A stretch of DNA of 64,000 bases from Eubacteriales bacterium (GTDB taxonomy: Bacteria; Bacillota; Clostridia; Oscillospirales; CAG-272). How positions within the stretch are numbered: the first letter of the stretch is position 1; each line of letters begins with the position of its first letter. Below the pieces are notes generated by a model. The model made no database searches and had not been told where the DNA came from. It saw nothing but the letters and a program-made list of their open reading frames with translations. A program made the translations under genes and the position numbers. Below, one piece after another: positions 45,800 through 54,243 of the stretch. The stretch covers positions 192-64,191 of the forward strand of contig JAZQCR010000128.1 of assembly GCA_045546375.1 (NCBI GenBank), read 5' to 3'.

Positions 45800-47224
45800 G
45801 TGGCTAAGTTGATTTTAAAAAGTAAGTACCTGAAAGCAGGCAACAAGGGCCATTCATCTAATTTAGTACAGTATATAGCAAAGCGAGAGGGTGTAGAAAA
45901 GATCGATGACTTGTGGAAAGATAAGCCCGCAACTAAAGAACAGATAACCCTTATAAACAGACTAATTACTGAGTTTCCGGAAACCAAAGACAGTTTTGAA
46001 TACCGCGACTACGAAAAGAATCACACGCAAGGAGCAGCTTCCGAATACATAACCCGAGCGATTGAGGACAACGCCGATCTGCTTGGTAAGAGAGAAAACT
46101 ATGTTTCATATATTGCTATGCGCCCTCGTGTTGAGAAGGCCGGTACCCACGGTCTGTTTACCGATGCCAATGTTGCTATCAAATTATCCGATGTGGCAAA
46201 GCAAGTAGCTGAGCACAAGGGAAACGTTTGGACTAATATTATTTCACTAAGGCGAGAGGATGCAGAGCGGCTTGGATATAATCATGCATCTGCATGGAGA
46301 AATCTTATCAGGGCTCACGCGGAAACCATGGCGAAAAGTATGAAGATACCCGTAGAGGATCTTAGGTGGTATGCCGCCTTTCACAACGAGTCATATCATC
46401 CTCACGTTCACGTTATAGCATACTCGGTAGGCAAAGAACCGTATCTCACTGAACGCGGAATCGATCAAATGAGATCAGCATTTGCGCGAGATATTTTCAA
46501 GCAAGACCTTTATCATATCTATGAAGAGCAGACGACCTATCGTGACGAGTTGCGCAAGGAGTCAAGAGAGGTGCTCGAAAATATCGTTAATGAGATCAAT
46601 GACGGAACATATAAAAACGAAACTGTGGAAGCAATGCTGCGTAAACTATTAGAAACCTTTGAGGGATATACAGGTAAAAAGGTGTATGGTTATCTTCCAA
46701 AGCCTGCAAAGAATCTGATCAACGGTATCGTGGATGAAATGGCTAAAGACAAGCGGATCGCAGAATTATATAAGCTGTGGTATGAGCAGCGAGAAAAGGT
46801 AATAGGTATCTACAGGGAAGATATGCCCGAGCGAATAGCATTATCCTCTAACTCCGAATTCAAAAGCATACGAAATGCGGTATTAAAAGAAGTTATGAAT
46901 ATCACGGTGACGGAGAATGACAACGAAGATGTAGGCTATCCTCAAACCGATTCAAGGAACTGCGATAGTTATGACGAGGAAGATATAACCGATGCCAAAG
47001 AAAGTGACAACTATTCTAAGGACTCTAAATCAGAAGAGAATATAAAAGAAGCAAGTGCACAAGCATCTGTTGCACTTGCTTCTTTTCGGTTGTTTATGAG
47101 CCTGGCACAATTGATTCAGGATAACATTAGACGAGATGATGAACATAATGAGCGGGTCGATAGGAAACTCAATAAACGGATACAGAATAAGAAATCTGCT
47201 CACGGACAGAAGATGGGAGGTTAG
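45800..47224 (+). CDS. MOB relaxase (MOB-L-like family of Firmicutes)
   Basis: N-terminal KYLKAGNKGHSSNLVQYIAKREGVEK and a histidine cluster HNESYHPHVHVIAY. The gene sits between the accessory protein and the Toprim/T4CP genes. GTG start after the RBS AGAGGGTGA. Confidence 0.7.
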   Translation: MAKLILKSKYLKAGNKGHSSNLVQYIAKREGVEKIDDLWKDKPATKEQITLINRLITEFPETKDSFEYRDYEKNHTQGAASEYITRAIEDNADLLGKRENYVSYIAMRPRVEKAGTHGLFTDANVAIKLSDVAKQVAEHKGNVWTNIISLRREDAERLGYNHASAWRNLIRAHAETMAKSMKIPVEDLRWYAAFHNESYHPHVHVIAYSVGKEPYLTERGIDQMRSAFARDIFKQDLYHIYEEQTTYRDELRKESREVLENIVNEINDGTYKNETVEAMLRKLLETFEGYTGKKVYGYLPKPAKNLINGIVDEMAKDKRIAELYKLWYEQREKVIGIYREDMPERIALSSNSEFKSIRNAVLKEVMNITVTENDNEDVGYPQTDSRNCDSYDEEDITDAKESDNYSKDSKSEENIKEASAQASVALASFRLFMSLAQLIQDNIRRDDEHNERVDRKLNKRIQNKKSAHGQKMGG

Positions 47225-47232
47225 TATTAGCC

Positions 47233-48123
47233 ATGGGTCGTAGATTTACAGCGCAAGAGCTTGAGTATTCAAGAAAAACAGATCTAGCAGCTATGCTATT
47301 ATCCAAAGGAGCAGCTCTGAAACGATGCGGCTCCGAATATCAATGGAACAATAATGGAGAAAAGGTGAGCATCCGTGGCAACCTTTGGTACAGTCATTAC
47401 AGACAACGAGGCGGAGATACTATTTCCTTTGTCAGAGAGTATTATAATAAGTCTTTTCCCGAGGCAATAGAATATCTTTTGAATAGTGAGTCGGCTCATA
47501 TAAGTCAAGGAGAGGCGAATCGCCGAAATGAAACGCCATTCATGCTACCAAAGAGATACAGTAATATGAATCGTGTGTTTGCTTATCTGATCAATGAAAG
47601 AGGCATAGACAGAGACATACTACGGGAATTCGTTTATCATAATATGATATATGAGTCAGAGGATCATCATAACGCAGTATTCGTTGGATACGATCTGCGG
47701 GGAAGGACACTGCATGCGCATAAGCACTCAACCGGTAGGAAAGGTACGTACAAAATGACTGTGAGCGGTAGCCAAGCTGAATTTGCTTTTCATCTCTACG
47801 GAACGGGAGATGAGCTATATTACTTCGAGGCGCCAATAGATCTCTTATCATACATAACAATGCATCCAAATAATTGGAGAAGCAATACATATGCGGCGGC
47901 TTGTTCGGTTTCGGACAAGCTGCTTTTTAGATGCTTGAAAGATAAGCCGGAGATAAAGAAAGTTTATCTGTGCTTTGATAACGATACTGCCGGGCAAAAT
48001 GCAGCGGAGCGTATATCTAAACAATTAGAAATTTTGAGGATAGACTGTGAGATACTTGTGCCCGTCAATAAGGATTGGAATGAGGATCTGCTGGAAAAAA
48101 GAAAGGAGCATTCGAATGAATAA
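47233..48123 (+). CDS. DUF3991 plus Toprim domain protein (primase/topoisomerase-like)
   Basis: Toprim acidic motif YLCFDNDTAGQNAAERI. N-terminal region LWYSHYRQRGGDTISFVREY. This is the typical partner of VirD4 in Gram-positive ICEs. Confidence 0.7.
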   Translation: MGRRFTAQELEYSRKTDLAAMLLSKGAALKRCGSEYQWNNNGEKVSIRGNLWYSHYRQRGGDTISFVREYYNKSFPEAIEYLLNSESAHISQGEANRRNETPFMLPKRYSNMNRVFAYLINERGIDRDILREFVYHNMIYESEDHHNAVFVGYDLRGRTLHAHKHSTGRKGTYKMTVSGSQAEFAFHLYGTGDELYYFEAPIDLLSYITMHPNNWRSNTYAAACSVSDKLLFRCLKDKPEIKKVYLCFDNDTAGQNAAERISKQLEILRIDCEILVPVNKDWNEDLLEKRKEHSNE

Positions 48124-49894
48124 CCCACTCTTACTTATTGTTGTAGGCGCTATAATGCTCGCCGTACTTGGTGTAATATCTGTGCTTGACAGGGTGTATA
48201 ACCTGAACAGTATTAAGTCAAAGACTGTAGGTGACGGTCAGCACGGCTCTGCTAGATTTGCGACCAAGTGCGAACTTAAAAAGACATATAAGTACGTACG
48301 CTTTGAGCCGAAGGTGTGGCGAAGGAAAGCCAAGTGCGGAGACCTTAATTTGCCGCAAGGCGTGATAGTGGGGTGTAATGGATCCAAGAAAAACTGTGTG
48401 GCTATGGTGGACACGGCAGACGTTCATACCATGATGATCGGTGCGGCAGGTTGCGGTAAAACTGCGTATTGGTTGTATCCCAATCTTGAGTATGCCTGCG
48501 CCTCGGGTATGTCGTTTCTTACCACTGACACCAAGGGAGATCTGTATCGTAATTACGGAAATATAGCCAAAGAGCACTATGGTTATGACGTGGCTGTCAT
48601 CGATCTGCGTAATCCTACCAGGTCTGATGGAAACAATTTATTACACTTAGTGAATAAATATATGGATGAGTATAAAGCAGAACCGAGCAATATTAACGCT
48701 AAAGCAAAGGCGGAGAAGTACGCGAAGATCATCGGCAAAACTTTAATATATGGGGATGGGGATTCATCCTCATATGGACAGAACGCTTTCTTCTACGATG
48801 CCGCCGAAGGACTTATGACGGCGGCTATACTGCTGGTTTCGGAATATGCTCTTCCGGAGCAAAGACATATTATCTCAGTGTTCAAACTTATTCAGGATCT
48901 TTTTGAGCCATCGGGAGTGCAGGGCAAGAATAGCTTTCAGTTATTGATGTCAAGGTTGCCTGAGAATCATAAGGCGCGGTGGTTGGCAGGTGCCGCTCTT
49001 AACGCCAGCGATCAAACAATGTCGTCTGTAATGTCTACGGCATTATCAAGGCTTAATGCGTTCCTTGATAGTGAGCTAGAACAGGTTCTTTGCTTTGAAA
49101 CAGCCATCGATGCAGAGAAGTTTTGCTCTCAAAAGTGCGCTATATTCGTGGTGCTTCCCGAAGAGAATCCTACTACGTATTTTATGGTATCACTTCTGCT
49201 ACAACAGCTTTACAGAGAGATACTCACCGTAGCTGATGAGAATGGAGGAGCTCTCGAAAACAGAGTTATGTTTTATATGGACGAGTTTGGAACCTTGCCG
49301 GCAATCAATTCAGTAGAAATGATGTATTCTGCATCAAGATCCAGACGCCTTAGTTTAGTCAGTATCATACAGTCATATAAGCAGCTTGAAAAGAACTACG
49401 GGAATGAGGGCGCGGCAATTATACAGGATAACTGTCAGATAACGATAGCGGGAGGGTTTGCACCTACTAGCGGCACTGCAGACGTTGTATCAGAAGCTTT
49501 GGGAGACAGAACTATTATGTCGGGGTCGGTTACTAAGTCAAAGAATAATCCTTCGCAAACGATGCAGATGCTACAACGTTCGCTTATGAGTGCGGACGAG
49601 CTGAAGACTATGCCGAAGGGGACGTTCGTTGTTATGAAGACGGGAGTACACCCGTTCATATCTAAGCTTAAGCTGTTCTTTGAATGGGGAATAGATTTTG
49701 ATTGCGAGCCTTATACGATTGTAGATAAAGGAGCTCGATCTGTGTCTTATGCCAACCGTGAGATGATAGAGTATGCGGTAATGGCACAGACTCCCAAAAG
49801 CCGTGGTGAGCACGCCTTTGGTGAAGTTAAACGCAAGGCAAAGCCACGCAGTAAAAAAAGAACCGAAGAAGCAAAAGTGGTAGTGAAAACATAG
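48116..49894 (+). CDS. VirD4/TraG-family type IV coupling protein
   Basis: An N-terminal TM helix (LLLIVVGAIMLAVLGVISVL), Walker A MIGAAGCGKTAYW and Walker B FYMDEFG. The ATG at 48116 follows the RBS GAAAGGAG and overlaps the upstream stop (ATGAATAA). Confidence 0.9.
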   Translation: MNNPLLLIVVGAIMLAVLGVISVLDRVYNLNSIKSKTVGDGQHGSARFATKCELKKTYKYVRFEPKVWRRKAKCGDLNLPQGVIVGCNGSKKNCVAMVDTADVHTMMIGAAGCGKTAYWLYPNLEYACASGMSFLTTDTKGDLYRNYGNIAKEHYGYDVAVIDLRNPTRSDGNNLLHLVNKYMDEYKAEPSNINAKAKAEKYAKIIGKTLIYGDGDSSSYGQNAFFYDAAEGLMTAAILLVSEYALPEQRHIISVFKLIQDLFEPSGVQGKNSFQLLMSRLPENHKARWLAGAALNASDQTMSSVMSTALSRLNAFLDSELEQVLCFETAIDAEKFCSQKCAIFVVLPEENPTTYFMVSLLLQQLYREILTVADENGGALENRVMFYMDEFGTLPAINSVEMMYSASRSRRLSLVSIIQSYKQLEKNYGNEGAAIIQDNCQITIAGGFAPTSGTADVVSEALGDRTIMSGSVTKSKNNPSQTMQMLQRSLMSADELKTMPKGTFVVMKTGVHPFISKLKLFFEWGIDFDCEPYTIVDKGARSVSYANREMIEYAVMAQTPKSRGEHAFGEVKRKAKPRSKKRTEEAKVVVKT

Positions 49895-49911
49895 GAAGGA
49901 GAAAAAAGATA

Positions 49912-50169
49912 ATGTCATTTTATAAAGCCATATATACAAATAGCGAGCTTCCGCATCGCGCGAAGCTCGTTTATATGTATTTATATGATAGAAAGAATAA
50001 GAACGGTGTGGCTTGGCCCGGAATTAAACGAATAGCTAAGGATCTGTCCATTTCCGTAAGCACCGTCCGCCGTGCGATAAAGGATCTTGAGAACGCAGGC
50101 CTCGTTCGAAAAGAATATGCGTATAGGGATAACGGATCGTTTACGAGTAATAGGTATTATGTGAAATGA
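49912..50169 (+). CDS. Winged-helix / HTH DNA-binding protein
   Basis: LPHRAKLVYMYLYDRKNKNGVAWPGIKRIAKDLSISVSTVRRAIKDLENAGLV. Confidence 0.65.
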   Translation: MSFYKAIYTNSELPHRAKLVYMYLYDRKNKNGVAWPGIKRIAKDLSISVSTVRRAIKDLENAGLVRKEYAYRDNGSFTSNRYYVK

Positions 50170-50231
50170 GTTGTAAATATAAACCAATAACTGATGGGTT
50201 AGTAATTGCAATCAATATAATGTACAAATAG

Positions 50232-50262
50232 ATAGCAGCAACCATAAAATGGTTGCTGCTAT
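50232..50262. terminator. Bidirectional hairpin between convergent genes
   Basis: ATAGCAGCAACC (50232-50243) pairs with GGTTGCTGCTAT (50251-50262). Confidence 0.6.
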
Positions 50263-50292
50263 GAGTGCTGTTATAGTTACGTATAATTGAAT

Positions 50293-50559
50293 TTAATTAT
50301 GATTATAGACACCGATGCGTTGCAGCTCGCGCCGAATTATTAATACTTTCACCAAGGCTTCACCCTCTTCTAGTGATAACTCATGTGGGGTATATAATTC
50401 TACCAGGTCTTCAACTTTTGGATACCTATGATAAGTTTTTTCGAGTTCTTGTTTGAGTTTCAGGGGTAAATTTTCTATGTTTTTGTCTTTACATAGTGGG
50501 ATAAATTCAGGATCGTCCCATAACGCAATATACATGTTGTCTGGGTATTTTGCTGACAA
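50293..50559 (-). CDS. Hypothetical protein (88 aa), last gene of the response regulator / kinase operon
   Basis: ORF 11 nt downstream of the kinase gene on the same strand. No motif recognised. Confidence 0.5.
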   Translation of the reverse strand: MSAKYPDNMYIALWDDPEFIPLCKDKNIENLPLKLKQELEKTYHRYPKVEDLVELYTPHELSLEEGEALVKVLIIRRELQRIGVYNHN

Positions 50560-50570
50560 AATATATCTCC

Positions 50571-51893
50571 TTATGCGGTCGCATCTTCATATAATTGCAC
50601 TGGGCTTTTAATAGGAAGAGCTATATGGACACAGAAATGATGTTCTTCCTCAAAAAAATCAATGAAGCCATTTGCTTCAGTTACGATTTTTCTCATGCTT
50701 TTTATGCCGTAGCCGTGAATCTCTTTTTGAGTTTTAGTTGATATAAAAAGCGGATTATTTTTGATAATTGATTTGCTTATGCGATTTTTGCATATTACAT
50801 TTTGATAGTTATTATTAATGAAAAACTTAACTTCGAGGATTTTTTCATCGTGCTTTAATGCTTCTTCAATAGCGTTGTCTAAAAGATTTCCAAAAAGCGA
50901 AGCTAAATCAAACTCGTTAATGTTTGATAAGTTTGAGCATTCTCCGGTAACGAGAAATGTTATGTTAGGGTGGGCCGAGATCTTGGCATTTATAATGTAA
51001 TCGAGCATGCGATTATTCGTATGAATAATAGATGCAGACTTATTTAATTCAAGTTCTGTATTATCAATATAGTTATTAACGTCATCCAATTGTTTTTTTG
51101 TTATAAGCTGCTTTAAGCCGATTAAGTGTTGTTTAAAGTCATGGCGGAGGGTTTTGAGTTGTTGGTATAAGTTCCCCAATTCTGCATAGTTTTTTTGCTC
51201 CAACTCGCTTTGAAGTTTTAAAACTTCTAATTCGGTTTTAGCTTGGACGGTTTGGGTTAATTTTATAAACAGTAGTAAGGAAATCAGATTTAGCGCCGCT
51301 AGCCCCAAAACAGAGATTATGATTTGGTTGAAAAATGATGACAATGAATAGGTCAATCCAATTACCATAAATGTATAAAGAACAAATACAGTCATTAAAG
51401 GAGCAACAATATATAAAATCAAGTCCATTAATCTAAATTTGAGGCTAGTTGCGAAAAACCTTAAAATTAGCATAAGTGTGGCGGAAATAATTATTTTACA
51501 ACAAATAACATATAAATATCTTTCCATTGTTGCGATTGAAAACAAATCATTCAAACTCATGGAAAAAATATAACTAAATAAAAATGATAGTATTGTTGCG
51601 ATTATGATAAGTGTTACTTCAAAAATAATGGGTCCAAGAATCTTTGTTGCCCACGTTCCCGTTTTTACTAAAAAAGAGCAGAAGAGTAAAATTCCAAAAA
51701 TAATTACGGACTGTAAAAAAGAAAATACAGATATATACAAATATATTGTTGATACGGCAAAACATAATAATGTACCAATAGTTGACGGTATGATATTATC
51801 TCCTACTTTACCATTATTCAGCTTTATAACAAAGAAAACACCTAGCCAAGCATCAAAAAGGTTAGCCGATAATTCGAAAAGAAATGATGTCAT
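50571..51893 (-). CDS. AgrC-like (HPK10) membrane sensor histidine kinase
   Basis: About 6 N-terminal TM helices, H-box LKTLRHDFKQHL, N-box LFGNLLDNAIEE and G-box GYGIKSMRKIV. Confidence 0.85.
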   Translation of the reverse strand: MTSFLFELSANLFDAWLGVFFVIKLNNGKVGDNIIPSTIGTLLCFAVSTIYLYISVFSFLQSVIIFGILLFCSFLVKTGTWATKILGPIIFEVTLIIIATILSFLFSYIFSMSLNDLFSIATMERYLYVICCKIIISATLMLILRFFATSLKFRLMDLILYIVAPLMTVFVLYTFMVIGLTYSLSSFFNQIIISVLGLAALNLISLLLFIKLTQTVQAKTELEVLKLQSELEQKNYAELGNLYQQLKTLRHDFKQHLIGLKQLITKKQLDDVNNYIDNTELELNKSASIIHTNNRMLDYIINAKISAHPNITFLVTGECSNLSNINEFDLASLFGNLLDNAIEEALKHDEKILEVKFFINNNYQNVICKNRISKSIIKNNPLFISTKTQKEIHGYGIKSMRKIVTEANGFIDFFEEEHHFCVHIALPIKSPVQLYEDATA

Positions 51894-51899
51894 AAGTTG

Positions 51900-52619
51900 T
51901 TACCTCATCCGCATATATTTTACATATTCCCCGATAAATAATGGACGGCATTGCCTAGATACGGTCAATTTTTCGCCAGTTGTTAACTCTATAATGTTGT
52001 CTTGAATTTGGGAAATATATTTCATGTTAATTAACGTACCAGAGTTGACTTTTATAAATCCATAGTCATGTAAATCCGCCTCCAAACGGTGAATTGTTGT
52101 TCTATAACGATGAATGATGTTTTTGCAATGAATGGAAAGGTAATTGCTTTCTTTTTCTTTTATAATGTATACGATATGTGATACTTTTACAGGTGTGCAA
52201 TTGTTGTAATTGGATATATCTATATACTTTTCGTTTTTAGATAATTTGTCTATTGCTGCTAATAATGCTTCAGGCAAATATGCCTCATAACTGCTTTTAC
52301 AAAGAAAACGAAACGGACTAAACCTGATTGAATAATACACTTGATTTTCGTAATTAGAAATGAAAATCAAGCAGATATCCGGCCAGTATTCCTGACATTG
52401 TTGAGCAATTTCAAATCCGTTTATTTCTGGCATTGATATGTCCAAAAAGAGAATATCAACTGAATTATTTTGCAAATAATCAAGAAGGGATTTGGGCTCT
52501 GGAAAATACTGAAAAATGAATTCTTTATCAGCATAGGTGCTTTGAGATATTATGCTTTTAATCTGATTAGTTAATTGATAACCGAAAATCTTATTGTCAT
52601 CACAGATAATAATCTTCAT
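51900..52619 (-). CDS. LytTR-family response regulator (AgrA/VirR-like)
   Basis: Receiver domain MKIIICDDN...DILFLDISMPEINGFE. The C-terminal LytTR-type domain reads VKVSHIVYIIKEKESNYLSIH...FIKVNSGTLINMKYI. Confidence 0.9.
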   Translation of the reverse strand: MKIIICDDNKIFGYQLTNQIKSIISQSTYADKEFIFQYFPEPKSLLDYLQNNSVDILFLDISMPEINGFEIAQQCQEYWPDICLIFISNYENQVYYSIRFSPFRFLCKSSYEAYLPEALLAAIDKLSKNEKYIDISNYNNCTPVKVSHIVYIIKEKESNYLSIHCKNIIHRYRTTIHRLEADLHDYGFIKVNSGTLINMKYISQIQDNIIELTTGEKLTVSRQCRPLFIGEYVKYMRMR

Positions 52620-52795
52620 ATTTTCTCCAGGTAAAGATCGATTTTATATTATTATAATAACATATTTTTTAAAAATGTACAAGAGAATTACGTTTAGCGA
52701 GAGTAGCGTGTATGAACAATTATGGTATTTTCTAGTGGTATAATACTGAAAAACCAATGCAATTTGTAGTAATATAATTGTGGATGGTGATTAGC

Positions 52796-53140
52796 ATGAA
52801 AGTATTTGGTACAAGATTGAAATTGTTGCGTGAAAAACATAATCTTACGCAGCTTGCGCTTAGCACGAGACTTGGAATGGCACAAGAGTCAATTAGCGCA
52901 TATGAAAGGGACAATAATACACCCAGCATTGAAGTGTTAAAAGAGATTGCTGATTATTTCAATGTAAGCGCTGATTATTTGTTAGGTATTGATGACCTAG
53001 AAGTTAGAATAAACGAACATACTTTGGATGCGTTCGAGGTAACTTTATTAAGAAATTTCAGAATACTTCCGCAAATGCAAAAAGAATTGCTTGTTAAGAT
53101 TTCTGCGAATATGGTGGAGCTATATCATCAGCAAAGATAA
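52796..53140 (+). CDS. XRE-family HTH regulator
   Basis: MKVFGTRLKLLREKHNLTQLALSTRLGMAQESISAYERDNNTPSIEVLKEIADYFNVSADYLLG. An extended -10 (TGGTATAAT, 52736-52744) lies upstream. Confidence 0.8.
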   Translation: MKVFGTRLKLLREKHNLTQLALSTRLGMAQESISAYERDNNTPSIEVLKEIADYFNVSADYLLGIDDLEVRINEHTLDAFEVTLLRNFRILPQMQKELLVKISANMVELYHQQR

Positions 53141-53190
53141 AACACACTAAGAGGCAAGATGGATGATGATATACCCCTTAGTGTGTTTTT
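53140..53190. terminator. Bidirectional terminator between the XRE gene and agrD
   Basis: AAACACACTAAG (53140-53151) pairs with CTTAGTGTGTTT (53177-53188), with A-rich and T-rich flanks. Confidence 0.6.
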
Positions 53191-53194
53191 GAAT

Positions 53195-53323
53195 TTACTT
53201 CATCAGTTTTTTGAGTTCAGCAGGTTCTTTTGCCTGGTGCTGTCCCCACTGTGAAGCTGCTCCGGCTGCCTTTTTTGCTGCAGCAAGAGCCACGCTAGCA
53301 AACGCTTTAGAGATGAGTTTCAT
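53195..53323 (-). CDS. agrD: AgrD-like autoinducing-peptide precursor (42 aa), absent from the ORF track
   Basis: My reverse-complement translation gives MKLISKAFASVALAAAKKAAGAASQWGQHQAKEPAELKKLMK. The RBS AAAGGAGA lies 7 nt upstream. The layout is an amphipathic leader, a core, and a charged tail with P-x-E-L spaced as in known AgrDs. It lies immediately downstream of agrB with a 17-nt overlap. Confidence 0.7.
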   Translation of the reverse strand: MKLISKAFASVALAAAKKAAGAASQWGQHQAKEPAELKKLMK

Positions 53324-53903
53324 TAGTGGATCTCCTTTCTATATAATTTTTAATTATTCCGATTGGCACCATAACGAGAACTGCAACAATCGTAAATAAA
53401 ATTATTTTATAATAATCACAATTTATTAAGTACATAATTGTACAAATAAGTATTAATCCTGCGAGGAATGCAAGAGATATTAGCTTGCATTCTTTTTTTT
53501 GCTTTTTGTCCAATGGTTTATACTTGTTTTCAACAGGACAAAGCAAACTTAGTATACATGAACCTACTATACCTGTAATTAGTATAGACAAAACGGAAGG
53601 ATTCGAATTATTGGCAATAAAAGCTACGGTACTAAATGTAAAAAACATAGATAAATTGCATACAAGGTAGGTATTTGCATGATATCCGCCACAGTACATT
53701 CTTATGGGTATGAACGTAAGTAAAAATAACAGTGAATCAACAATGTTAAAGAAAACAAAGCCGGCAATAAATACAATGCACATTCCAACAAACGAGGATA
53801 CTGAAATTTCTACACCGTATTGATAAACATTTACTAGAGTAGGATCAATTATTTGTCTACTTGCCCATGAAATAGCCAGTTGTTTGGATATTTTTTTTAT
53901 CAT
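53307..53903 (-). CDS. agrB: AgrB-family AIP-processing membrane peptidase
   Basis: Polytopic membrane protein with IPIRMYCGGYHANTYLVCN. The His and the Cys 7 residues later have the same spacing as the catalytic H77/C84 of S. aureus AgrB. Confidence 0.9.
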   Translation of the reverse strand: MIKKISKQLAISWASRQIIDPTLVNVYQYGVEISVSSFVGMCIVFIAGFVFFNIVDSLLFLLTFIPIRMYCGGYHANTYLVCNLSMFFTFSTVAFIANNSNPSVLSILITGIVGSCILSLLCPVENKYKPLDKKQKKECKLISLAFLAGLILICTIMYLINCDYYKIILFTIVAVLVMVPIGIIKNYIERRSTNETHL

Positions 53904-53966
53904 AACGTCCCTTTCTAAAATCTTTTATATTATTATACATTTATTTAATTTGTAAAATGAAAATGT

Positions 53967-53998
53967 GGTGTATTTTGCAAGTAAATTGGTTTAATTGG
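53967..53998 (-). promoter_or_regulatory. Phased direct repeat (candidate LytTR site) in the agrBD promoter
   Basis: On the minus strand, CCAATTAAACC (53998-53988) and CAAAATACACC (53977-53967) start 21 bp apart. TATAAT (53937-53932, minus strand) lies 29 nt downstream. Confidence 0.55.
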
Positions 53999-54090
53999 GA
54001 AAATATATGGTACATTTTCTACAATAATGATATTTATTGGTGAATTTTATAAAAATAATTCATGAGAAAATCAAATTTATAAATGGAATG

Positions 54091-54122
54091 CCAAATACCC
54101 CTAAATTCGAACAATTTACACC
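54091..54122 (+). promoter_or_regulatory. Phased direct repeat (candidate LytTR site), divergent from the agrBD site and facing the PK-like operon
   Basis: CCAAATACCCC (54091-54101) and CAATTTACACC (54112-54122). TATTAT at 54152-54157 lies 29 nt downstream, and there is also a TATAAT at 54135-54140. Confidence 0.55.
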
Positions 54123-54243
54123 AACAACGAGTTATATAATTAGTTTTATGATATTATTTCAATACATATTATTAGTGCTTTATCTTGTTTAGGCTGATAG
54201 AGCAAGTAGCTTCTTAATTCGATAACATAGGAGAAATGTTGAT

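Larger units (their letters stand above)
600..50262 (+). mobile_element. Putative integrative conjugative element next to tRNA-Asn; ends not defined and no recombinase seen
   Basis: A contiguous, co-directional block encodes VirB4, VirD4, a VirB6-like protein, a PrgI-like protein, an NlpC/P60 hydrolase, a MOB relaxase, a Toprim/DUF3991 protein, orphan methyltransferases and SpoVG/AbrB-like regulators. It starts right after a tRNA gene. Base composition becomes visibly more AT-rich after about 50.2 kb. Confidence 0.7.

Noticed and set aside
52620-52795. Possible phased LytTR repeat upstream of the response-regulator/kinase operon
   Set aside because: Only partial half-site matches occur on the minus strand (AGTATTATACC and GAAAATACCAT), and they are 13 bp apart rather than 21 bp. 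I therefore do not count this as a site, and the operon may be driven constitutively.
53211-53399. 62-aa ORF on the + strand between the XRE gene and agrB
   Set aside because: It is antisense to the much better supported agrD, which has an RBS, AgrD architecture and a position after agrB. It also overlaps the 3' end of agrB and has no RBS.
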